64,000 bases of DNA from Planctomycetota bacterium (GTDB taxonomy: Bacteria; Planctomycetota; B15-G4). Below, in pieces: positions 53,480-64,000 of this stretch; within the stretch, counting starts at the first letter, position 1; every line of letters starts with the position of its first letter. The notes under the pieces are model-generated. The model did no database searches and had not been told where the DNA came from. It was given only the letters and a program-made list of their open reading frames with translations. The stretch covers positions 21,559-85,558 of the forward strand of contig JAJDER010000012.1 of the NCBI GenBank assembly GCA_029259725.1. Reading direction: 5' to 3'. The translations under genes and the position numbers were made by a program.

Positions 53480-55831
53480 ATGAATCGTCTCTTCTTGAGC
53501 GCTGCCGTCGCAGCAGCGATCGCCGTACCTTGCATGGGTCAAACATGGGATCTCATCGAGGTGAACCTCGATCCGCTGGATCCCGAGCACCCCGGCATCT
53601 CGCACGAGTTCGTCCCGGTGAACGAGCTCATGGCGGAAGCCGCCGGCGTGGCCGTGGCCGACGTGAACAACGACGGCTTCGACGACCTGTTCTTCGGGAG
53701 CACCGAGGGTCTGCCGAACGAGCTGTACCTCAACAACGGCGACGCGACCTTCACCGAGTCCGCGTTCATCCTCGGTGTCGACGAGCCCGCCAAGCGCCGC
53801 TCGCACGGGCTGTTCTTCGACTACGACAACGACGGTGACCTCGACCTCGTCACCCTCGGCTACCCGGGCGACCTGGGCGGTTACTTCGACCTCTACTCGT
53901 TCTTCCGCAACGATGGTGCGCCGGGCTTCGGCTTCACCGATGTGACCGGCAGCGTGGGTGGGTTCGCCTTGGGCGCCACGACCGAGACGACCGAGTGGGG
54001 CAACCCCGGCGGCGCCGCGGTGGCCGACTACAACAACGACGGCTACCTCGACTTCATCACGACGTACTGGATGCGCAACACGCCGACCTGCTGCTTCGAC
54101 AGCGATCAGTTCCGGCTGTGGAAGAGCGTGCCGAACCCGAACCCCGACCTGGGCGAGCCCGACTACTCCCCGCGCCTGTTCGTGGATGCGACCCTCGAGG
54201 CGGGCCTGGACGGCCTCGGTGACGGCTGGACCTGGTCGCCGATCTTCGAGGACGTCGACCGCGACGGCTGGGTCGACCTGCACATCAACATCGAGGCCGA
54301 GCAGGACCTGCTGTTGCTGAACCAGAAGGACGGCACCTTCGGCCCGAACATCGCCACGCCCGTGGGCCGGAACTTCAACGGTCCCGAGCCGCTCCCGGGC
54401 GGCGCCTGGGGCCACGAGATGGGCGCCGGCGTGGGTGACTTCGACAACGACTTCGACCTGGACTGGTACCTGACCAACACGGGCAGCGCCCTGGGTCTGG
54501 CCCACAAGGAGGACGCCTTCTACCGCAACGACAGCGACCTCTCGCTGGGCGGCGTGGGGCAGTCCTACCACCACATCGGGGCCGAGGCCGACGTGACCAA
54601 CACGGTCCTCGGCGTGGGTTGGGGCGCGATCTTCGTCGACATCGACAACGACTGCGACCGCGACCTGCTCACCGCCCGCGGCATGGGCAACGTGGCCATG
54701 CTGCCCATGGGCTACTCGACCAACGGTGTGTACCGGAACCTGTTCCCGGCCACGGACGGCAACGGCAACATCGAGTGGGAGCCGATGGGCGTGGACGTGC
54801 CGGGTTTCTCCCGCGAAGGCGGTCAGCCCGACACGATGCGCTCGCTCGCGGCCATCGACTACGACAACGACGGTGACCTGGACCTCGTCGCGACCAAGAG
54901 CGGCGGCATCCCGGTGGACCCGGCGGACGAGATGGGCTCGGGCTTCTACAAGTCCACGCTCGTCGAGGAGTCCACCGACTCGGTCAACGCCCTGCAGGTC
55001 GCGCTGATCGAGGCCGGCGGGAGCCTGAACACCATCGGCGCGCGCGTCTTCACGCGCATCGACGGTCCGGGTGGCCTGGTCCAGATGGGCGAGGTGCGCA
55101 CGGGCAGCTCCTTCCTGAACCAGGAGAGCTCGCGCCTGCACTTCGGCCTGGCGGACTCGGTCGAGGCCGACTGGGTCGCGGTGCGCTGGACCGACGGCGC
55201 GGTCACCGTGCTCAAGGCGGCCGACCACGACCTCAACGGCATCGTCACCGTGTCGCGCGACCTGGCGGGGGCGACCAGCCTCGGTGACGTCGACGGCGAC
55301 GGGGACCAGGACTGCAACGACCTCGCGCGGTTGACCGACGCGGTTCAGAACGGCGTGTTGCCCGACCAGGGTGACTGGGCCTGGGAGGTCACGGCGGACC
55401 TGGATGGCAACCACGTCCTGGACGGTCGCGACTTCGAGAACCTGCGCCTGATCGTGCCGGATCCCCTGTGCGTGGTCAGCGGCGCCCTCGAGGGCGTGGC
55501 CGGCAAGCCGACGCTGCGTGGCTTCGCCAACCTGGCGGGGGGGACGGCGGCCAGCTTCGAGCTCGACCTCGCCGCTCCGAACGCCCTGACCTTCATGGTG
55601 ATCGGCCTGGGCACACCCTACGCGCCCGTGAAGGGCGGCCTGCTCGTGCCCACGGCGGACTTCGTCCTCGGTCCGTTCGTTTCCGACGGCAACGGCGAGC
55701 TGACGCTCGCGGGCACCTGGCCCAACGGCATCCCGGCGGACACGCTGATCAACTTCCAGATGCTGATCAACGACGTCGTCGCGATCCACAAGTGGTCGAT
55801 GACCAACGGCGTGAGTGCGCGCACGCCGTGA
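53480..55831 (+). CDS. FG-GAP/VCBS repeat, ASPIC/UnbV (CRTAC1-like) secreted protein
   Basis: ATG 53480 with a signal peptide. Repeated D-x-(N/D)-x-DG-x-x-D motifs (DVNNDGFDDL, DYDNDGDLDL, DYNNDGYLDF, DVDRDGWVDL, DIDNDCDRDL, DYDNDGDLDL). ASPIC/UnbV-like GARVF...GSSFLNQESSRLHFGL. Dockerin-like DVDGDGDQD near the C-terminus. The antisense ORF 53381-55903 is an artefact. Confidence 0.85.
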   Translation: MNRLFLSAAVAAAIAVPCMGQTWDLIEVNLDPLDPEHPGISHEFVPVNELMAEAAGVAVADVNNDGFDDLFFGSTEGLPNELYLNNGDATFTESAFILGVDEPAKRRSHGLFFDYDNDGDLDLVTLGYPGDLGGYFDLYSFFRNDGAPGFGFTDVTGSVGGFALGATTETTEWGNPGGAAVADYNNDGYLDFITTYWMRNTPTCCFDSDQFRLWKSVPNPNPDLGEPDYSPRLFVDATLEAGLDGLGDGWTWSPIFEDVDRDGWVDLHINIEAEQDLLLLNQKDGTFGPNIATPVGRNFNGPEPLPGGAWGHEMGAGVGDFDNDFDLDWYLTNTGSALGLAHKEDAFYRNDSDLSLGGVGQSYHHIGAEADVTNTVLGVGWGAIFVDIDNDCDRDLLTARGMGNVAMLPMGYSTNGVYRNLFPATDGNGNIEWEPMGVDVPGFSREGGQPDTMRSLAAIDYDNDGDLDLVATKSGGIPVDPADEMGSGFYKSTLVEESTDSVNALQVALIEAGGSLNTIGARVFTRIDGPGGLVQMGEVRTGSSFLNQESSRLHFGLADSVEADWVAVRWTDGAVTVLKAADHDLNGIVTVSRDLAGATSLGDVDGDGDQDCNDLARLTDAVQNGVLPDQGDWAWEVTADLDGNHVLDGRDFENLRLIVPDPLCVVSGALEGVAGKPTLRGFANLAGGTAASFELDLAAPNALTFMVIGLGTPYAPVKGGLLVPTADFVLGPFVSDGNGELTLAGTWPNGIPADTLINFQMLINDVVAIHKWSMTNGVSARTP

Positions 55832-55860
55832 GGGCGTGACCGACACGCTCCGCGCGTGAA

Positions 55861-55899
55861 GACGACGCCCGTCCCCGTGCCTCGGGGGCGGGCGTCGTC
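55861..55899. terminator. Strong GC hairpin between convergent genes (putative bidirectional terminator)
   Basis: GACGACGCCCG-t-CCCCG-tgcct-CGGGG-CGGGCGTCGTC: about 16 bp of stem with one bulge, in the 72-bp gap between the stops at 55831 and 55904. There is no clear U-tract. Confidence 0.55.
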
Positions 55900-55903
55900 G
55901 CAT

Positions 55904-57060
55904 TCAGTCGGCAGGTGCGGCCCAGGCCGGGTTGGCGAGCAGGTGCTCCAGCACGGCGACGCCGGCCAGGAACTCGGCGATCTCGATGTGCTCGTCGGGC
56001 GTGTGGTCCAGGGACGCGTCGCCGGGCCCGTAGGCCAGGGCCGGGCAGCCCCAGGCGGGAGCGACCACGTTGAGGTCGGCGGTGCCGGTCTTGCGCACGA
56101 AGCGCGCGCGCCCGCCCTGCGAGGCGATGGCGCGCGAGAGGGCGCGATGCAGCGAGGTCGTGCGCGGGCCGTCCCAGGCGCTCAGCCCGCCTTCGCACGC
56201 GACCGTCCAGCCGGCGGCGTGCTCGGTGAGCCAGGCCTGGGCCGCGTCGGGCGGAAGCTCCGCCGGCAGGCGCAACACGAGATCCAGCTCGGCTCGATCC
56301 TGAAGGCCGTCGCTGCCGGCGGAGACCCTCGACACGTGCACGAGCAGGCGTTCCCACACGCTCGTGCGTCCCGCGTCGAACTCGGCCGCGCGAGCCTCGA
56401 GGTGGACGCCCAGTCGGCAGGCCTGCGCCGCAGCACTCGCGCGATCGTGGGCGCCGTGTCCGGCGTCGATCACGCGGGAGAGGCGTGCGCGCAGGTAGCC
56501 CTTGTACCCCAGCGTGATCCGGTCCCACCGGCTCGGCTCGCCGATGATGCAGGCGTCGGGTGCGGGGAGCGTGGCGGCCTGGTGCGCGCCGCGTGAACTC
56601 GCGACCTCCTCCTCGACGCAGCCGATGACGGTGACGCGGCCGCCGAGTCGGCCCGCCGCGGCCGCGCGGGCCGAGGCGACGACGAAGGCCACCAGGGGCC
56701 CCTTGGCATCGACGCTTCCTCGGCCGTAGAGGCGCCCGGCCTCGCGACGCACGGGGACCACGCCGGACACGGTGTCGATGTGGCCCAGCAGGATCATGTG
56801 CGGGGAGCCGGTGCCGATCACGCCGACGGCGTTGCCGGCGGCATCGACGTGCGCATCGAACCCGAGTTCCCGCATGCGCAACACGAGCAAGGTGACGGCC
56901 AGGGTCTCCTCCCCGCTGAGGCTCGGTGCGGAGACGAGTTCCTCGAGCAGGTCCACGGCCGCCTCGTCGTCGATGCGCGAGGGCGCGGGCGTTGGCGCGT
57001 GCACCGGCGGCGGCGCTGACGCGGGTGCTGACGCGGCTTCGGGCATCTGCGCGGGCTCCG

Positions 57061-57064
<4 letters not shown>
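55904..57064 (-). CDS. lysK: [LysW]-lysine/ornithine hydrolase (M20 peptidase, ArgE/LysK-like)
   Basis: Starts at ATG 57064 with an ATGA overlap with lysJ. M20 motifs LLGHIDTV and GRGSVDAKG. Last gene of the lysW operon. Confidence 0.8.
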
Positions 57065-58283
<1,219 letters not shown>

Positions 58284-58287
<4 letters not shown>

Positions 58288-59195
58288 GCGGATTCCCGTC
58301 GTGGCGTGAGCGGCCCGAGGCTCCACGCGCGAGGGCGCTGGACCGGGCGCGCGTGGCCCGGATCCCGATCGGGCGTGGTCTCCTGGACCGGCCCCCAGAG
58401 CGTCGTGCCGGCGCCGGACAGGGCGTCGCTCACCGGGCATCGTCGTCGTGCGTCGCCCAGGACCACGCGGGCGACGCCACCCTCGAGCGCCTCGCGCGCG
58501 CCGAGCAGCTTGCGGCGCATGCGCCCACGGGCCAGCTCCTCGGCGCCCGGCAACTCCGCGAACGGCACCGTGCTCACCAGGCTGTCCTCGCGCGCCGGGT
58601 CGGAGAGCAGGCCGGGCACGTTGGTCAGGATCAGCAGGGTCTGCGCGGAGACGCCGGCAGCGAGCGCGGCGGCGATGCGGTCCCCGTCGACATTGAGCAT
58701 CTCGCCCTCGGGCCCGGCCGCGAGCGGGGCGATCACCGGGACGAGGCCCGCGTCGAGCAGCGCTTCCAGCAGCGTGGCATCCACGCCGTCGGGGCGGCCG
58801 GTCCACTGGTCGTGCAGCACGCGCGTGCGGCCGTCGATCACGGCGCGCATCGACGCCTTGCGCTGCGCCCGGACGAGACCGCCGTCCATCCCCGAGAGCC
58901 CGAACGCGCGCACGCCGCGGGCGAGCAGGCCCTCCACAAGCTGCCGGTTCACCAACGCGGTGGCCATGGCGAAGGCCTCGAGGGCCGGCCGGTCCGTCAC
59001 GCGGCTCTCATGCCCCGACGGCGAGCGGGCCATCTGCGCCGGACGGCCGAGCTGCTGCTGCAGGCGCGTGGTCGCGTCCGAGCCGCCGTGCACGATCACC
59101 AGGCGCCGCTGCTCGCTGGCGGTGCGTGCGAGATCGTCGAGGAGCGCGTCCCCTCCGATGCCGAGGGCGCCGCCGATCTTCACGATGAGGGTCAT
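58284..59195 (-). CDS. lysZ: [LysW]-aminoadipate kinase (acetylglutamate-kinase family)
   Basis: Starts at ATG 59195 (MTLIVKIGGA...VIVHGGS...NVDGD). Amino-acid kinase fold. Confidence 0.85.
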
Positions 59196-59238
59196 CACTC
59201 TTCTCCAGGCCCGCTGCTGCGGACCGCTTGAGCGTTGT

Positions 59239-60276
59239 TCAGACGGGGTGGAGTCCGAAGGCGCCCAGGCCCGCGGTCTCGTCCAGCCCCAGCGACAGGT
59301 TCATGCACTGCACCGCCGTTCCGGCGGCACCCTTGCCCAGGTTGTCGAGGGCGCAGAGGGCCACGACACGTCCGCGGTCGGCGTCGTGGGCGAAGCCGAG
59401 GTCGGCTCGGTTGGTGCCCCAGAGCAGCTTGGGCTCGGGGTGGCGGTAGGTGCCACCGCGCTCGTGCACGCAATCGAGGAACGGCTCGTCGCGGACGGCA
59501 TGGCGCCAGGCGCGGAGCAGGGTCTGCTCGTCGAGCACCGCCTCGGGCATCACGTGGCAGGTAGCGAGGGCGCCGCGCACCAGGTCGATCGACGTGATCG
59601 ACAGGTGCAGCTGCAATCCCGGGTAGGCCTGCTCGACCTCGGCCGTGTGGCGGTGACCGACGGGCGCGAACGAGCGCACGACCGAGCTGCGCACCGGGTG
59701 ATGGCTGCCGGCGCCGGCCGTGGCGCCGCCTTCGCTGCTGCCCGCCTTGACCTCCGCGAAGACCGTCGTGCCCTCGCCCAGCAGGCCCGCGCGCGCCAGC
59801 GGGAGCAGCGCCAGGTTCACCGAGGTCGCGTTGCAGCCGACGCCGCTGATGTATCGCGCCCCGCGCAGCGACTCGCGATCGTGTTCGGGCAGGCCGTAGA
59901 CGAACTGTTCGAGCCACTCGGGCGCCGGGTGATCCTCGCCGTACCAGCGCCGGTAGGCGTCGGGGTCGCGCAACCGGAAGTCCGCCGAGCAGTCGATGAT
60001 GCGCCCGGCGCGCCCGGCCAGCGCGTCGACGAGGGCGGACATCCGACCGTGCGGCAGCGCCGTGAACAGCACGTCGCAGTCCTCGAGTTCCTCCAGGCGG
60101 CAGAAGCGGACCCGCCGCTCGTGCCGCAGGTGCGGGTGGATGCGCGAGAGCGGCTGACCCGCGAGGCGTTCGGAGGTGGCCTGGGCCACGGTCACGTCGG
60201 GATGGGCGAGCAGCAACCGCAGCAGCTCCCCGCCGACGTAGCCGGACGCGCCGGCGATGGAGACGCTGGTGGTCAT
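59239..60276 (-). CDS. lysY: [LysW]-aminoadipate-6-phosphate reductase (ArgC-like)
   Basis: Starts at ATG 60276 (MTTSVSIAGASGYVGGELLRLL). Catalytic GVGCNATS. ATGA overlap with lysX. The ORF-track extension to 60978 is an artefact. Confidence 0.85.
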   Translation of the reverse strand: MTTSVSIAGASGYVGGELLRLLLAHPDVTVAQATSERLAGQPLSRIHPHLRHERRVRFCRLEELEDCDVLFTALPHGRMSALVDALAGRAGRIIDCSADFRLRDPDAYRRWYGEDHPAPEWLEQFVYGLPEHDRESLRGARYISGVGCNATSVNLALLPLARAGLLGEGTTVFAEVKAGSSEGGATAGAGSHHPVRSSVVRSFAPVGHRHTAEVEQAYPGLQLHLSITSIDLVRGALATCHVMPEAVLDEQTLLRAWRHAVRDEPFLDCVHERGGTYRHPEPKLLWGTNRADLGFAHDADRGRVVALCALDNLGKGAAGTAVQCMNLSLGLDETAGLGAFGLHPV

Positions 60277-61181
60277 GCGCACTCCGTCGCCGCGCCGGCC
60301 AGGACCGCCGAGGTGCGTGCGGCGACGGCGAGCACGTGATCGACCATCAGGCCGGGCAGGTCCACGCCGGTGGGCTCGATGCTGTTGCGGAACTCGCCGC
60401 CGTGGTTGACCTCGAGCACGAGCAGGCCGCGGTCGGGATGCTCCACGAGGTCCACGGCCAGGATCCCGCCGCCGACGGCCGCCGCGGCCGCCACGGCCAG
60501 CTCGCCGAGTTCCGCCTCCACCGCGCAGGCGCTGACGCTGCCACCGCGCGCGGTGTTCGTGACCCAGTGATCGCTGTGGCGCCAGATGGCGGCGACGGGC
60601 TCGCCGTCGATGACGAACACGCGCAGGTCGCGTCCCGGCTTGGCCACGAGGGCCTGCAGGTAGAGCGAGCGATGAGGCCAGCTGCCCAGGACTTCGCGAT
60701 CCTCCAGCACCGCCTCGGCCGCGTGTCGGTCGTTGAGTCGCGCGACGAGCCGGCCCCACGAGCCCACGGCGGGCTTGAGCACGGCCGGGTAGCCCAGCTC
60801 CTCGTCGAGCAGACGCAGGGCCTCCTCGGAGGAGAAGGCCAGGCGCGTCTCGGGTTGCGGCACGCCGGCCTCGTCCAGACGCAGGCTGGCCAGGACCTTG
60901 TCGCCGCAGGTGCGCACGACATCCGGCGTGTTGACGCAGGCGATGCCGCGGGCCGCGAGGGCCTCGAGCAGATGACACGACACGCCGTAGGAGATGCCGC
61001 GGTCATGCAGCACGGTCACGCCCTGCAAGGCGGGGGTCGGATCGGTGCCGGTCGGATCGGTGTGGGTCCCACCGAGGGGGAGCGAAAGGGCCCGCGGATC
61101 CACGCGGCGCACCTCGACGCCCCTCCGCGCGTACGCGTCGAGCAGCAGCTTCTCCTCGACGCGGACGCGCGAACAGGCCAT
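60273..61181 (-). CDS. lysX: RimK-type ATP-grasp, alpha-aminoadipate--LysW ligase
   Basis: ATP-grasp motifs LKPAVGSWGR, VTNTARGG and LEVNHGGEF. The start is either ATG 61181 or GTG 61199 (the latter gives a GTGA overlap with the lysW stop). Confidence 0.85.
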   Translation of the reverse strand: MACSRVRVEEKLLLDAYARRGVEVRRVDPRALSLPLGGTHTDPTGTDPTPALQGVTVLHDRGISYGVSCHLLEALAARGIACVNTPDVVRTCGDKVLASLRLDEAGVPQPETRLAFSSEEALRLLDEELGYPAVLKPAVGSWGRLVARLNDRHAAEAVLEDREVLGSWPHRSLYLQALVAKPGRDLRVFVIDGEPVAAIWRHSDHWVTNTARGGSVSACAVEAELGELAVAAAAAVGGGILAVDLVEHPDRGLLVLEVNHGGEFRNSIEPTGVDLPGLMVDHVLAVAARTSAVLAGAATECA

Positions 61182-61195
61182 GGCGACGGTGGCGT

Positions 61196-61360
61196 TCACT
61201 CGCCCCAGTCCTCTTCGACCTCGGGGGCCAGGGCCAGGGCGACCGGATCGAGACCGACGATCTCGAGTTCCGTGCCGCACTCGGGGCAGGGGACGATCTC
61301 ACCCTCGACGGCGTCGGTGGGCGGGGACAGGGGGGCGCTGCATTCGGTGCACGAGGGCAT
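61196..61360 (-). CDS. lysW: Amino-group carrier protein LysW
   Basis: 54 aa from ATG 61360: MPSCTECSAPL...IVPCPECGTELEIV...APEVEEDWGE. Zinc-ribbon Cys pairs plus the diagnostic C-terminal EDWGE. GAGGAA upstream. Confidence 0.85.
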   Translation of the reverse strand: MPSCTECSAPLSPPTDAVEGEIVPCPECGTELEIVGLDPVALALAPEVEEDWGE

Positions 61361-61450
61361 CGGATTCCTCTTCGTGAGGCGGGTGTGGAACTGGGTCTGG
61401 GCGGTCCTGCGAGGTGTCGTGGACACCCCCGAGGACCTGCGGCCGGACTT

Positions 61451-61575
61451 CCCTGAAACGACAGGAGCCGCCGGTCCCCTCAGGGGTTCCAGCGGCTCCG
61501 TGGACGATGGGCTTCTGCCTACGCGAGAACCGGCCGGCCCCTGGTGGGGGTCAGCTGCGCCTCTTGTTTGCAGGG
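61451..61575 (-). promoter_or_regulatory. Possible structured 5' leader RNA upstream of lysW
   Basis: On the minus strand CCCUG(C)AAAC (61566-61575) can pair with GUUUCAGGG (61451-61459). The pairing encloses AGAGGCGC, a CCCC..GGGG hairpin and a GGAGCCGC/GCGGCUCC stem around CCCCUGAGGGG. A 13-bp imperfect hairpin follows before the RBS. Confidence 0.3.
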
Positions 61576-61876
61576 GAAAGCGAACATCATCGGTCGTTGA
61601 TCCGATCAGAGGCGCCGCGCGGGCGACCTCCGAAGAGCCCGCAGACTAGGGCCTCGGCCGGAATCGATCAAGAGGGCACCCGTCACGCCCCGATGTGCCG
61701 GCCGCGATCGAGACGCCTTCATCTTGGCGTCATGCGGCGTCCCGAATCTCGGGATAGACATGAGGTGGACCTGACGCGCCGTGAGACCGGTGCCTCGCGT
61801 CGACATCCGAGTGGCCCGCGCCACCGCGTCCCGGGAGCAGCGTCCCGCGCGCCGCGAGCCAGGACAAGGAGTCAGC

Positions 61877-62170
61877 ATGAACCCGCGACACCAGTATCCG
61901 CTCCCCTTCTCGCGGATCTCCTCGGCCATCCACGTCACCGTGAGTCCCGCCCTCGATGGCCCGCTCGACGAGGAGCCCGGCCAGGGCTCCGGTGAGCCCG
62001 TGTTCGCCGACGACTTCGCGATCCGGGTCGACCTGCCCGGCGGCACGCGCAGCTTCACTATCCCGGACGGCTGGCTCCACGCGGGCGCCGAGTACACCCT
62101 CGACGTACGCGTCGTGGATGAGGACGGCCACCTCGGAACCCGGGACTACCGCTTCTTCACCGCGTCCTAG
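61877..62170 (+). CDS. Small hypothetical protein
   Basis: AAGGAG 6 nt upstream of ATG 61877. 97 aa, beta-rich (FAIRVDLPGGTRSFTIPDGWLHAGAEYTLDVRVVDEDGH). No family recognised. Confidence 0.45.
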   Translation: MNPRHQYPLPFSRISSAIHVTVSPALDGPLDEEPGQGSGEPVFADDFAIRVDLPGGTRSFTIPDGWLHAGAEYTLDVRVVDEDGHLGTRDYRFFTAS

Positions 62171-63810
62171 TCCAGGAACTCGACCGCCATGGCGTTGCTG
62201 GCGTCGACGACCTTGCCCGTGCCCTGGTCCAGGATCACGTACGCGTGGTGCAGGATCAGCCCCACCGCCGCGGCCGGCGCGAGGCCCGGCGTGACCACGA
62301 AGGACGAGGACGCGTTGCCGGTGCCGTCCAGCGTCCCGAAGGTCTGATCGAAGAGCGGCGTGTTCGCGAAGGTGACGGTGATGTCGCTGTAGACATCCCA
62401 GTTGAGCGGGATCGACGTGCCGGCGATGACGCTGCCGGGGACCGGACCCGAGGCCGTGCCGAGCAGGAAATAGGTGTCACCGGCGTGGCCGGTGCCGCCG
62501 ACGTAGTCGAACTCCACCGTGCCGCCGGCGGACTGGCTGACCGTCGTGGCCGACTCCCAGGCGGTGCGCGCGACGTAGTGGGTCTGGAAGCTGAGCCCCT
62601 GGGGGATCACGTGGCTCCAGAGCAGGTCGCCGTCGGCGTTCACCTCGCGCAGCTCCAGCTGCAGCCCCGTGGAGATCAGCGTGTTGCCGTTCGGCAGGCG
62701 CTCGGCGCTGCCCATGATGTTGCTGTTGATGTCGCCGGGGGCGTAGGTCCAGCTCGGCGCGGCCGGGCCGTACACGCCGCCCGGGCCGAAGATGAAGTCC
62801 CCGTTCAGGTCCAGGGGCAGCTCGAGCTCGAGCACCTCGGAGGTCGGTGCGGCCGGCATGTTGTTGAACAGGAGCACGTGGCCGGCGCCGTCGAGGCCCT
62901 CGTCGATGATGTTCGCGCCGTGCTGGTTGTCGAGGAGCTTGTCCAGGGCCGTGCCGGCGTCGTAGGCCTCCGGGTTGCCCCAGCGCCAGAGCAGGTCGCC
63001 ACCCTTGCCGCTGTTGCCGCCGGATCCGGTGGCGGCCTCGGCCGTGGTCGTGCTGTGGTCGATGATCCAGACCTCGTCGAGCCGGTTGGCGCTGAACACG
63101 ATCCGGTCGTGGACCGGGTCGTAGTCGAGGGCGTTGGCGTGGATCCAGTCGTTGGACTGCGACGCGTTGGGCGGGTAGTTGATGTCGATCAGCTCGGGGT
63201 GATCGCCGACCACGCCGAAGTTGTCGGCCGCGCCGCTGAAGTCCTGGATCAGGTGGTCCCAGGCGTTCCAGCGCCAGACGATGTCGCCGGTGGTCGGGCC
63301 GGTGGGCATGACCTCGACGATGGAGTCGGAGCGGAAGAGCGGGCCCCCGCCGATCAGGCCCGGGTCACGGCCCGCGGCGATGGCCTCGGTGTCGGTGAAC
63401 TCGTGCCAGGCGATGAGCAGCACGTTGCCGTTGGGCAGCATGTCGACGTCGTGGTGCTGGACCGAGCCGCCGCTGTCGAGCCGGTAGTCCCAGAGCAGGT
63501 TGCCCTCGAAGTCCATCATCTGCACGCCGCCGCCGACGCCCCCGGGGCCCGAGGTGGTGACGATCGTGCGCACCAGCGTGCCGTCCTCGGCCACCAGGAG
63601 GTTCTGACCGGCGCCGAAGCTGCTGGCCCAGGTGTGGACGATCGTGCCGGTGATGTCGAGCAGGTAGGAGTCGGTGCCGGATTGCGGCGAGAGCAGGCGG
63701 TAGCCGGGCGCGAGTTCGTCGCCGGCGCGGCCGGGCGCGGCGAGCAGGGCGGCGAGGCCGGCGATGAGCAGCATGGGCGTGGCGGGCGTTGCGTGGGCGG
63801 GCAGACGCAT
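62167..63810 (-). CDS. Arylsulfotransferase (ASST)-like beta-propeller protein, secreted
   Basis: ATG 63810 with a signal peptide. QHHDVDMLPNGNVLLIAW, IVWRWNAWDH, NDWIHANALDY and LLWRWGNPEAY are typical of the ASST family. Confidence 0.8.
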   Translation of the reverse strand: MRLPAHATPATPMLLIAGLAALLAAPGRAGDELAPGYRLLSPQSGTDSYLLDITGTIVHTWASSFGAGQNLLVAEDGTLVRTIVTTSGPGGVGGGVQMMDFEGNLLWDYRLDSGGSVQHHDVDMLPNGNVLLIAWHEFTDTEAIAAGRDPGLIGGGPLFRSDSIVEVMPTGPTTGDIVWRWNAWDHLIQDFSGAADNFGVVGDHPELIDINYPPNASQSNDWIHANALDYDPVHDRIVFSANRLDEVWIIDHSTTTAEAATGSGGNSGKGGDLLWRWGNPEAYDAGTALDKLLDNQHGANIIDEGLDGAGHVLLFNNMPAAPTSEVLELELPLDLNGDFIFGPGGVYGPAAPSWTYAPGDINSNIMGSAERLPNGNTLISTGLQLELREVNADGDLLWSHVIPQGLSFQTHYVARTAWESATTVSQSAGGTVEFDYVGGTGHAGDTYFLLGTASGPVPGSVIAGTSIPLNWDVYSDITVTFANTPLFDQTFGTLDGTGNASSSFVVTPGLAPAAAVGLILHHAYVILDQGTGKVVDASNAMAVEFLD

Positions 63811-63906
63811 GGTGGCTTCCGGGATCGGGGTCGGATGACAAGGGAGCGTATCACCGGCTACGGGAGCCGGGGAGGACATCGACCCCACGCCGAGGCGCGC
63901 GCAGCC

Positions 63907-64000
63907 CTACGGCTCCCCGATGTCCTCGTTCCACAGCTCGGGACGCTCGGCGATGAAGCGCTCCATCAGCGCCACGCACTCGGGGTCATCGACGATGGTG
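63907..64000 (-). CDS. 3' end of an unidentified gene (partial, runs off the window)
   Basis: The minus strand reads ...TIVDDPECVALMERFIAERPELWNEDIGEP-stop (TAG 63907-63909). Only 30 codons are visible. Confidence 0.4.
   Translation of the reverse strand, partial: TIVDDPECVALMERFIAERPELWNEDIGEP

Noticed and set aside
61608-61690. A second AGAGGCGC ... CCGAAG ... CCGUCA string on the plus strand that superficially resembles lysine-riboswitch core motifs.
   Set aside because: It is only about 75 nt, lacks the helices between the motifs, and points away from the lys operon toward an unrelated small ORF. It is most likely chance. It also forms an inverted repeat with the minus-strand copy at 61557-61564.

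Overview
GC-rich (about two-thirds G+C by eye), densely coding bacterial chromosomal window. Many long antisense ORFs in the six-frame track are GC-content artefacts, and several ORF-track starts are GTG/TTG extensions. The gene content (ECF sigma plus Ser/Thr kinase pair, several prepilin-type pseudopilins, FG-GAP/ASPIC-like and beta-helix secreted proteins) suggests a Planctomycetota-like environmental lineage; this is inference only.

Modules, left to right:
1. 135-6930: a degraded transposase fragment abutting a compact phage-derived cassette (large serine recombinase, TerS/TerL, ParB-methyltransferase), followed by about 1.3 kb without a convincing gene that carries an array of CAGTTACA motifs.
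2. 7757-18712: minus-strand cluster of CRP/FNR regulator, hemerythrin, B12-radical-SAM enzyme and a periplasmic NxrA/NarG-like type II DMSO-reductase-family operon (cytochrome c-EB_dh gamma, alpha, small His-rich ORF, beta, TorD/NarJ-like chaperone). It has two perfect TTGAC-N4-GTCAA boxes and an in-frame TAG inside the beta subunit.
3. 19246-22272: ECF sigma / Ser-Thr kinase pair.
4. 22295-38086: assorted secreted proteins, transporters and enzymes (Kef, MFS, ACR3, MgtE, S41 peptidase, Zn-ADH).
5. 38147-44598, the most interesting locus: two divergent, translationally coupled operons encoding two paralogous GshB-like ATP-grasp ligases, an HExxxH/QEGLA (DUF1704, MATCAP-like) metallopeptidase, an N-formylglutamate-amidohydrolase-like hydrolase and a degenerate sigma54-activator-like regulator.
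6. 44663-49323: CorC/CNNM, beta-helix protein, beta-lactamase-like hydrolase, and a TlpA-like redoxin with an in-frame TGA at the CxxC position (candidate selenoprotein).
7. 49416-53104: four-gene pseudopilin operon.
8. 53480-55831: FG-GAP/ASPIC protein.
9. 55904-61360: complete LysW-carrier operon lysWXYZJK.
10. 62167-63810: arylsulfotransferase-like protein.

No tRNA, rRNA or CRISPR array was recognised. The window contains three reading-frame anomalies: the TAG in the beta subunit, the TGA in the redoxin and a frameshift at a G7 run. Read-level verification is needed before biological interpretation.
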